Below, in pieces: positions 36,986 to 43,817 of a stretch of 52,638 nt of DNA (position 1 is the first letter of the stretch; each line of letters opens with the position of its first letter). Location: positions 1 through 52,638 of IMG/VR virus record IMGVR_UViG_3300033155_001652. One strand, given 5' to 3'. The DNA is from a virus. Taxonomy: Duplodnaviria > Caudoviricetes. The translations under genes were made by a program, and so were the position numbers. Below the pieces are notes generated by a model. The model ran no database searches. It worked only from the letters and a program-made list of their open reading frames with translations, and was not told the DNA's origin.

Positions 36986-37084
36986 TTAAAAAGTAAAGTC
37001 GATGATGGACGTCCAAAAAACTTTGGGACTTCCTACACTCGTATAAAGAGAAAGCGATGATGGACCGAAAAAAAGTTTTAAGTC
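36986..37084 (-). promoter_or_regulatory. Two tandem copies of promoter-like motif B
   Basis: cgatgatggac at 37000-37010 and 37055-37065, with flanking A-tracts and taaag. Confidence 0.65.
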
Positions 37085-37100
37085 TTTTGTTTTTCAGGAC

Positions 37101-37604
37101 TTAAGAAATCTTGTTCGAGGTACCGTTTGAAGACGAAGGGGAGCTTTTGAGGGGATGGTTCTGTTGATCTTGAGCTAGAATTTTCAAGAGATGTAAACGA
37201 GTATTTTCCGTGTCCTCTCGACTCCTGGTTATCTCTACATCTTGAGAAGGTAAGTTTTGCTCGGCGACCTTGACTATTTCATAATGATGGCCGGAAGCTG
37301 GCTTCCAAGAAATTTCCTCAACGTCGAGATACGGCCCCCCCTCACCATTGGCGAGGAAGACGGCAAAATGTCTTTGTTCTTGTACTTCCCCATCATCAAT
37401 TTCTGTTTCTTTAACAAAAAAAGCTTCTTCCATAATGTCAATTATTTTAATACCTATTCCATAAACTAATCTTTTAATTCCGTTACCTGGACCTACAAAC
37501 CTACTTGTCCTTTTCACAGTAGGCTGTCTCTTAAGGGTTGTATTGGTTATAACAAACGGCACTGCCTCCCCTGCCTTAAGTTTTATCTTTTTTATTCCTG
37601 TCAT
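37101..37604 (-). CDS. Hypothetical protein
   Basis: Start MTGIKK after GGAGG. Confidence 0.6.
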   Translation of the reverse strand: MTGIKKIKLKAGEAVPFVITNTTLKRQPTVKRTSRFVGPGNGIKRLVYGIGIKIIDIMEEAFFVKETEIDDGEVQEQRHFAVFLANGEGGPYLDVEEISWKPASGHHYEIVKVAEQNLPSQDVEITRSREDTENTRLHLLKILAQDQQNHPLKSSPSSSNGTSNKIS

Positions 37605-37875
37605 TTGGACGCCTCCCCTTATCCTTAGTTTTCTTACGATACTGGGTATCGCATTGAATAACACCTTTTAACCCCATCATTTCAGTGTAATCATATTCAG
37701 GGCATACCTTAAAATGAACTTCGCCCTCTTTATCAACGAAGGCGCTTACACCAAGGGCCACGTCGTTAATTATTCGGACGAGTTTATGCAAGGCTGGTCG
37801 GCTGCAAAGCACCATACCGTTTTGTCTCGCCCAATTAATTACAAAAGCTTTTTTCTCTGATTCACTTAATGACAT
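37576..37875 (-). CDS. Hypothetical protein
   Basis: Start MSLSES after AGGAGG. Confidence 0.6.
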   Translation of the reverse strand: MSLSESEKKAFVINWARQNGMVLCSRPALHKLVRIINDVALGVSAFVDKEGEVHFKVCPEYDYTEMMGLKGVIQCDTQYRKKTKDKGRRPNDRNKKDKT

Positions 37876-37938
37876 AACGTAACCTCCTATGGTGTAGGAT
37901 ACCACGGCGAAAAAAAAGCCGCCGAAAAAAGAGCCGGA

Positions 37939-38286
37939 TCAGAACATCTCTGCACTGTCCGGCCCATTGTATCTCGTCTCAGGAGGCCACGGATACCTTT
38001 CATCCGCAAAGCTAAGGTCGCTATCCTCAACCTCATGGATATGAATCATGGCGTCTACACGTTCAAAGATCTTCCCGTCGCCTTTGTTGTGTAAGGCGCG
38101 AATCTCTGTTCGGAGCATTTTCCTGAAATAACCGTCAAATTCTGGTTCTTCTTCTGTCGGTGCAATGCCCATAGGCCACAATGGAATGCGACCAGCGAAG
38201 AAGTCCTTTTTTAACTGCTCTTTGTTGCCAGGGTACTCCCAGAGATACTCTCTGTAGCCGTACTCCTCGTCAACGTAAACTTTCAT
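37939..38286 (-). CDS. Hypothetical early protein
   Basis: Motif A RBS. Confidence 0.7.
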   Translation of the reverse strand: MKVYVDEEYGYREYLWEYPGNKEQLKKDFFAGRIPLWPMGIAPTEEEPEFDGYFRKMLRTEIRALHNKGDGKIFERVDAMIHIHEVEDSDLSFADERYPWPPETRYNGPDSAEMF

Positions 38287-38348
38287 AATAAACTCCTTTA
38301 TTGAATTTTAATTACCATCGCATTAAAGCCCCCGAAGGGGCTATTTAA

Positions 38349-38525
38349 TTAGGCTGGGGTCCAGCCAACATATGTAAATCGTCCACCGGAACCTTCAAGG
38401 CTCATAAGGGCGCTTGTCCCGGCGACCATTTCTTCAGTCTCGTAAACAATTGAGTATTTCTCTTCGCTCGGAAAATTTTCGTAGTGCAAACGAGCAGGAT
38501 AAACTGGATTTTTATCTGGGTTCAT
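38349..38525 (-). CDS. Small hypothetical early protein
   Basis: AAGGA RBS before MNPDK; bounded by motif A copies. Confidence 0.55.
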   Translation of the reverse strand: MNPDKNPVYPARLHYENFPSEEKYSIVYETEEMVAGTSALMSLEGSGGRFTYVGWTPA

Positions 38526-38603
38526 TATTGTTTCCTTCAATTAGGACAGCGCGGAATTGCACTCTCACACATCGCATTAAAGCCCCCAAAGGGGCTAAAT
38601 TGC

Positions 38604-38864
38604 TTAGATAAAAGGCAGGAATCGTTCCTCTGCTGATATCTTCTCGACAAACAACTTGCCGAGATTGACAGAAGCCTCATTGCGAAGATCTGAGCGACCT
38701 TCTGCAACTTGTTCAAGCCAGTTCACGCAAAGGCGCGTGAAGTTTTGCTGAAGCGTCCTATGGTCACGCGACATTTTTTCAATGAACACTTCTTTAGGTT
38801 CATCGTTCATGTTGTTAATAAATCTACTCATGGCCTCGGCCATTTCTTTTCCGTTTAAGGACAT
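38604..38864 (-). CDS. Conserved phage hypothetical protein (HRTLQQ..DxRNEAS..LPxI family)
   Basis: Motif A RBS; motif pattern recalled from phage early proteins. Confidence 0.7.
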   Translation of the reverse strand: MSLNGKEMAEAMSRFINNMNDEPKEVFIEKMSRDHRTLQQNFTRLCVNWLEQVAEGRSDLRNEASVNLGKLFVEKISAEERFLPFI

Positions 38865-38917
38865 AACAATCTCCTTTTAAGTTTGAGTTACCATCAGCTA
38901 AAAGCCCCCGAAAGGGC

Positions 38918-39355
38918 TTAATAGCTTGGACACGATCCGTCGATTGCTATGGTTATCAGGTCCATGCAAACCTTATTAACCACTCCCCAATCGATGTAAG
39001 CAGCAACGTCGTCATGGGCAGTCAATTCTGCCCATTGCGCAGTAGGAGCGTTGAAGTTTTGCCCACTTAAATAGCCCGTCCCTTCACACAAGGAAATTAT
39101 AGCCACTTCAACACGAGTGTAATGCTCTATTGACTTCAACATGTCCCTCGGAGTGCTATACATACTGGGGCCAGCGACGATGGAAATCTTAAACCTATCG
39201 CCGATAACAATCATCTTTTGCCATCCTCTATTATAAGAATGAAAAGTTACAGTTTCAGTAACAAAACGACCGAGCCTAAGCTCTTCAAGCCTTTGCTTAC
39301 GCTGGGCTTGCACGTCCTGTAAATCTTTAGCTGCGTCTCTTTTTATTAATGTCAT
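38918..39355 (-). CDS. Hypothetical early protein
   Basis: Motif A RBS; ISIVAGPSMYSTPR..YTRVEVA. Confidence 0.7.
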   Translation of the reverse strand: MTLIKRDAAKDLQDVQAQRKQRLEELRLGRFVTETVTFHSYNRGWQKMIVIGDRFKISIVAGPSMYSTPRDMLKSIEHYTRVEVAIISLCEGTGYLSGQNFNAPTAQWAELTAHDDVAAYIDWGVVNKVCMDLITIAIDGSCPSY

Positions 39356-39407
39356 AATAAACTCCTTTTTAAGTTTGAATTACCATCAGGTAAAAGCCCC
39401 GTAGGGC

Positions 39408-39602
39408 TTAAACGTCAATTGCCTCCCAATCAATAGAGCCGTCCCTATTGACAAGCCCTGACTCAATCAAATCACGGGCCGTCCTTCCATAATGGCCCTG
39501 TAAAGTCCACGCCATACCAGACTTAATAAGATCCCCAAATAATTGGACTGTCTCAACAGCATTCATTTCCCCTGCTTCGTACGACATTAATTTTGTAATC
39601 AT
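39408..39602 (-). CDS. Conserved small phage protein (YExGE..AWxLQGxYGR family)
   Basis: Motif A RBS; motif pattern recalled from phage proteins. Confidence 0.7.
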   Translation of the reverse strand: MITKLMSYEAGEMNAVETVQLFGDLIKSGMAWTLQGHYGRTARDLIESGLVNRDGSIDWEAIDV

Positions 39603-39654
39603 AACAATCTCCTTTTAGGTTTTAAGTAACATCGCCTTAAAGCCCCCTTGGGAG

Positions 39655-39867
39655 CTAGGCTAGAAGAACGATCTCCTGTCTTAACTCTTCAGGGGATGTC
39701 TTCGCGAAGGCTAAACCTTTCTCCTGTGTGAAGACATAAAGCCTAAGCTCGTCCTCAACCTCGAAAGAATCCATCTCGCTTATATAAAAAGAGCGACCAG
39801 GGAACGCCCTTAAACCAAAGGTCTCAGGGAACGTCTTAATAATCGCCGGAATGTCAAACTTTGCCAT
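39655..39867 (-). CDS. Hypothetical early protein
   Basis: GGAGG RBS. Confidence 0.65.
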   Translation of the reverse strand: MAKFDIPAIIKTFPETFGLRAFPGRSFYISEMDSFEVEDELRLYVFTQEKGLAFAKTSPEELRQEIVLLA

Positions 39868-39868
39868 T

Positions 39869-40159
39869 TCAATCCTCCATTAAATCCAAGTCATATGGTT
39901 CGACTTCAAAAATAGTTTCAACCCCGTAAGGCACTGCATCTGTCGGGTCATAATCGCCCACGATCCAGTACTTGACGCTACAAACAGAAACCCTTGATTC
40001 CTCGATTTGAAGTGCATCTGGGATACCTTCGCAGAGCTTATTAATGCTATTACTAGAGCCAATAACGTATGGCTGGCCCCGTAAACTAATAGGCCAAGTA
40101 CAAAGAACGAATTGATCGCCTTCGACTTTGGTACCTTTTGTTTTCGTCCTTGGTTGCAT
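39869..40159 (-). CDS. Hypothetical early protein
   Basis: Motif A with AAGGAGG RBS. Confidence 0.65.
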   Translation of the reverse strand: MQPRTKTKGTKVEGDQFVLCTWPISLRGQPYVIGSSNSINKLCEGIPDALQIEESRVSVCSVKYWIVGDYDPTDAVPYGVETIFEVEPYDLDLMED

Positions 40160-40212
40160 AGCAACCTCCTTGTTTGAATTGAATTACCATCTCCGAAAAG
40201 CCCCGCAGGGCT

Positions 40213-40557
40213 TTAAGGTCTTTGTTTACCTGGGGGATAGCATAACAACGAGAATGCTGTCACACGATCAATCCGCAGGTTTGTCTCCCCTGCTGATCTT
40301 CCGTCTGCTCGCATCAAATCCCTCAACAGGATCGTCGTGTTCTTTGCCTTCGACAATTTTTTGCCGACGATAAAACCGATATGGGTATCGTCATCGACAC
40401 CCGGTACCTCGACATAGTCAAGGCCAGGACGTCTAGTCGATGGGTCCAAGCGTTCATAACGTACGGCAACGATAGGTCGAAACCCATCGTCCAACTTTTC
40501 AAGGGCATCTTGAAATCTTGCCTTCTCGGTTGGACTTATTTTCTTATGGAATATCAT
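40213..40557 (-). CDS. Hypothetical early protein (first gene of the early block)
   Basis: GAGGAG RBS downstream of motif B. Confidence 0.7.
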   Translation of the reverse strand: MIFHKKISPTEKARFQDALEKLDDGFRPIVAVRYERLDPSTRRPGLDYVEVPGVDDDTHIGFIVGKKLSKAKNTTILLRDLMRADGRSAGETNLRIDRVTAFSLLCYPPGKQRP

Positions 40558-40575
40558 CTGGTCTCCTCTCTAAAG

Positions 40576-40619
40576 GTATAAAGAGAAGTCGATGATGGAC
40601 CTAAAAAAAGTTTTAAGTC
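40576..40619 (-). promoter_or_regulatory. Promoter-like motif B at the head of the early block
   Basis: gtataaagagaagtcgatgatggacctaaaaaaagttttaagtc, nearly identical to 37041-37084. Confidence 0.7.
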
Positions 40620-40795
40620 TAATGAAAATAAGGGTTTATGATCTTGAGGATTTTGGGGTCTGAAAGGTTACGCAAAGGTTACGGAGTCTCGTACCCTTCC
40701 CCTGCAACCCTTCAAAAACCTTCCTTCTCCATAGGTCGTAACTTCGTTACCATTGCGTACCTATGACGCGGGAAGCTCTCGGAAGATAGGTACAC

Positions 40796-40832
40796 AAAAA
40801 CAGACCCTCATGAGGTTGGGTTCATGAGAGCC
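40796..40832 (-). terminator. Intrinsic terminator ending the structural block
   Basis: ctcatga/tcatgag stem followed by TTTTT on the minus strand, downstream of the 40896 stop. Confidence 0.6.
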
Positions 40833-40895
40833 TATTCGGACGAGGATAAATTTTGAACGGCGCAGTCGTCTATGGTGTTGCGGTCACGTCAGGAA

Positions 40896-41405
40896 TCAAT
40901 AAGCGCCTTGACGTTTGAGATTGGAGTTAGCAGCAACAACATTATGGTTAGACGATGTTTCTACCGAAAGGAACGCAACACAAGCGGTGCCGTCGATAAC
41001 AACAGTCGCTGCTCCGGCGCTTATTGCATTACCAAACAGTTGAATGCGATAGGTACCTTTATTCAAACGATACATGCGTCTGCAATTCGCTTGAACAGGT
41101 GCTGACGCTGCGGCAAAAAGAACAGCATTACGATAAATAACGTCGTTTGTGTAATTAGTCGCGCCAGTTGCGTCGATAGTTAAATCTGGAACAGCCGCTC
41201 CAAGATCATCTGTAAGAGCTAAAGCAAGTTGAACTACTGCGTTAGCAACACCACCAAGAAGACCACCTTGAAATTTTGCTTCAACATACATATTGTCTTC
41301 AAGGACGTCAAATTTGAAGCCAAGGTCATCGGCGTCAACCAAAACGGGGCTAGCCCCAACAGTGAGGTTACCCGAATCAACGGTTAATCTTTGTTCGTTA
41401 TACAT
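40896..41405 (-). CDS. Probable virion structural protein
   Basis: Ala/Val/Thr/Asn-rich beta protein; GGAG RBS. Confidence 0.6.
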   Translation of the reverse strand: MYNEQRLTVDSGNLTVGASPVLVDADDLGFKFDVLEDNMYVEAKFQGGLLGGVANAVVQLALALTDDLGAAVPDLTIDATGATNYTNDVIYRNAVLFAAASAPVQANCRRMYRLNKGTYRIQLFGNAISAGAATVVIDGTACVAFLSVETSSNHNVVAANSNLKRQGAY

Positions 41406-41481
41406 TTCTTATTCTCCAAAACTCGTGCAAAACCTAGACTTTTAGCCCTAACCAACCAAGGTCAGGGCTTCATTATGGTGA

Positions 41482-42075
41482 TTATGAATTGAGCGCGTAA
41501 TCACTTGCGTGGCGACCAGTATCATAAAGTGTTGAAATAATATTGTTGGGTGCTGCTGGCGCAATTGCGCCACCAGGAACGCGGAAAGTCAACCGAATTT
41601 GTTGGTTAGCTCCAATAGGGAGGTTAGCCAGCAACGCGCCAATAGCAGTTGTGGCAGCAGGAGTCGGGCCTACGATTCCTGTGGCGTCACTAAAAAGAAC
41701 TTCAGGTTCACCAACACCTGTAGCTCCGGTCGGGAAGAGAGCGCCGGGGGTTGGGCCAACAGCCGCAACACCAATGACGTTTGTTCCCTGATTTGATCCG
41801 CCGAAGTTTGGCGAATTAGGAGCAAAACCTTCGGCCATCCGAACAATCGCAACTTCTGTTAAGAACGCAGCATTCGTCCAAAGTAAACTAGGAATAGAAA
41901 CGATAGCTTTACCGGCACGAAATTCGTCGCGGCTTGCTGGCTCAATAACATGGTCTTTGTTATTGTTCAGAGCAGGCACGAGTGTCTGTGGTCGCGCAAG
42001 CGTCACAACCGTTGAAGCTGTCGCTGCTAAAGTCAAACCATTAGTAAGTTCTACAAATTGTCCTCTGTCTATCAT
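41482..42075 (-). CDS. Probable virion structural protein
   Basis: Ala/Thr/Gly/Pro-rich, 197 aa; followed by an AGCCCT..AGGGCT hairpin. Confidence 0.6.
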   Translation of the reverse strand: MIDRGQFVELTNGLTLAATASTVVTLARPQTLVPALNNNKDHVIEPASRDEFRAGKAIVSIPSLLWTNAAFLTEVAIVRMAEGFAPNSPNFGGSNQGTNVIGVAAVGPTPGALFPTGATGVGEPEVLFSDATGIVGPTPAATTAIGALLANLPIGANQQIRLTFRVPGGAIAPAAPNNIISTLYDTGRHASDYALNS

Positions 42076-42266
42076 CGTCCTTAACCTCGCGTTCGAGTGA
42101 TCTGCGTTTTTGTCGCAGTCGTTCTTCTAAGTATAACACACCCGGTAAGGGCGCAAACAATTCTTTCGTTACCTTCTTATATTATAGGTAACCTGTCAAG
42201 TTTGATTCTTATTCATCCTACATTATAAAGTTATTACATTCTATTATTTATTTCTTAAAACCCAAG

Positions 42267-43019
42267 TCACCTATCGCTTTCAAGTCCGAACATTAGTCCT
42301 TGAGCCATACGCTGTTGGGCCATCTGGCAATAATCCTGCGATATATCGATTCCAACAAAATCCCGATGTAGCCTCCGCGCTGCTACAGCGGTTGTTCCAG
42401 AACCCATGAACGGGTCTAAAACAGTTCTGGCTGTGGTGGACGAGATAACCCGCTCGATAAGAGCTACAGGGAAAGGGGCGGGGTGCTTGTTATCTCGTTC
42501 TTGCCCAAATTCCCAGACATCGCCACAAGCATTTGCTTTCTTCGCTAGCTTAAACTTTGGCTTTGCAATCAAATAGATGACCTCATAGGTGGGCAGGAAA
42601 TATCCGGGGTTGAAATTTATCCCCCCTTTTCTTCTCCAAATGATGATTTGCCTTACAGGGAAACCGGAGACAATATCATTTCTATCTTGCAATAGCCCCG
42701 CTTGCACCCGCCACTTATGATTATAAAATATCGCCCCGTGGTCAGGTATTATCCTCATCATCTCTGTGAGACAAGCTCGTTGCCAAGCCACATATTCGTC
42801 GTGAGGCATATTGTCATCGTAATGCGAATAGCCCTTTATCAGAGCGGCGTTAGCCCACTTGCCTCCCCGACCGTCTTTCATCCCATTACCAGTCGAATTT
42901 TTAAGATTGTAGGGCGGCGAAGTAACTATTAACTCTACGGCACCATCTGGTATCTGTTTCATTACGCCGACGGTATCCCCGCAAATAAACTGATTATTAA
43001 AATCGTCCGGGTAAATCAT
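42267..43019 (-). CDS. DNA methyltransferase, N4-cytosine/N6-adenine beta group
   Basis: LIVTSPPYN (motif IV), HPAPFP, VLDPFMGSGTT (motif I), GIDIS. Confidence 0.92.
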   Translation of the reverse strand: MIYPDDFNNQFICGDTVGVMKQIPDGAVELIVTSPPYNLKNSTGNGMKDGRGGKWANAALIKGYSHYDDNMPHDEYVAWQRACLTEMMRIIPDHGAIFYNHKWRVQAGLLQDRNDIVSGFPVRQIIIWRRKGGINFNPGYFLPTYEVIYLIAKPKFKLAKKANACGDVWEFGQERDNKHPAPFPVALIERVISSTTARTVLDPFMGSGTTAVAARRLHRDFVGIDISQDYCQMAQQRMAQGLMFGLESDR

Positions 43020-43025
43020 GCCGTT

Positions 43026-43098
43026 TCACCTATCGCCTTCAGGTCCGATTTGATGGTTTCGGTGTGGGATCAACCCACCGACCTCGCGCCTGATTCAT
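43026..43098 (-). pseudogene. Internally deleted copy of the 10620..10853 HTH gene
   Basis: 43026-43061 matches 10627-10662 and 43062-43095 matches 10811-10844; joined at a gtttcg microhomology. Confidence 0.8.
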
Positions 43099-43107
43099 GA
43101 TTAAACC

Positions 43108-43151
43108 TACTTTTCTATATTACCAAAGGTACTTTTCTATATTACCAAAGG
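43108..43151. repeat. 22-bp perfect tandem duplication
   Basis: tacttttctatattaccaaagg x2, spanning the stop of 43137..43640. Confidence 0.9.
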
Positions 43152-43640
43152 CATGATTTGACCGTGAGTGACCACATTCACATAAGTATGGGGAGTATAA
43201 TCAACCTCGCTCGTAAACGTAGGAGATAAAGCCCCGATTAAAGTGGCTACCGTCTGAGTAATAACAGGCGATAACGACAAATTCGTGACGGCTACTGTAC
43301 TCGTAAAAGCCGGTGATAATGCCGAAGTTGACGTTGCTACCGTCTGAGTAATCACAGGTGATAACGATAAATTCGTAACGGCTACCGTCTGCGTAATAAC
43401 CGGCGATAACGATAAATTCGTAACGGCTACCGTACTCGTAAAAGCCGGTGACAATGACGGCGTTGTGATCGCTACCGTCTGAGTAATAACAGGCGAAAGA
43501 GAAAGTTTTATAATCGCAGTAGTTTGAGTAATAACCGGCGATAACGACAAATTCGTTGCCGCTACCGTACTCGTAAAAGCCGGTGATAACGCCGAAGTTG
43601 TTGCCGCTACTGTACTGGTAAAAGCCGGTGATAACGCCAT
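43137..43640 (-). CDS. Thr/Ser-rich 15-aa tandem-repeat protein
   Basis: About 10 repeats of LSP(AFTST/VITQT)VAxTxxx; 45-bp DNA period. Confidence 0.65.
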   Translation of the reverse strand: MALSPAFTSTVAATTSALSPAFTSTVAATNLSLSPVITQTTAIIKLSLSPVITQTVAITTPSLSPAFTSTVAVTNLSLSPVITQTVAVTNLSLSPVITQTVATSTSALSPAFTSTVAVTNLSLSPVITQTVATLIGALSPTFTSEVDYTPHTYVNVVTHGQIMPLVI

Positions 43641-43643
43641 GTT

Positions 43644-43814
43644 TTATTTCCAACGACCTTCTTTTATCGCTCTCTTCTTTGTCTCCTCGATGATGTCAAG
43701 GATATCTTGAGGCAACCCAGGAGGTGTGTAGTCCTTATGTACCTTGTCGTGCTTGGACTGGACGAGATCCGCTGGTTTTCTAGGTGGAATCATGGGGTTT
43801 TTGTATTTAGCCAT
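43644..43814 (-). CDS. Small hypothetical protein (56 aa, not in ORF track)
   Basis: MAKYKNPMIPPRKPADLVQSKHDKVHKDYTPPGLPQDILDIIEETKKRAIKEGRWK; exactly fills the gap between neighbours. Confidence 0.55.
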   Translation of the reverse strand: MAKYKNPMIPPRKPADLVQSKHDKVHKDYTPPGLPQDILDIIEETKKRAIKEGRWK

Positions 43815-43817
43815 AGT

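Larger units (their letters stand above)
33808..40214 (-). repeat. Dispersed intergenic repeat family (motif A): GC hairpin + T-tract + CGATGGTAATTCAAAC box + AAGGAG RBS, 12 copies
   Basis: Hairpins at about 33846, 34353, 34694, 34903, 35365, 36018, 38327, 38581, 38902, 39394, 39641 and 40197; each at or within ~10 nt of the upstream stop codon. Confidence 0.9.

Noticed and set aside
37906-37938. Thirteenth copy of motif A
   Set aside because: Only the A-tract and gccg remain; the stem and box are too degenerate to count
33808-40214. Classical integron with attC sites
   Set aside because: No tyrosine integrase in the window, and the repeats lack the RYYYAAC/GTTRRRY ends and long imperfect palindrome of attC
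40620-40895. tRNA gene
   Set aside because: No T-loop GTTCRA or cloverleaf found here or in the other intergenic gaps
43201-43653. 150-aa alternative-frame ORF
   Set aside because: TTG start inside the upstream small gene; openness is explained by the 45-bp repeat. The ATG frame at 43640 follows the upstream stop directly
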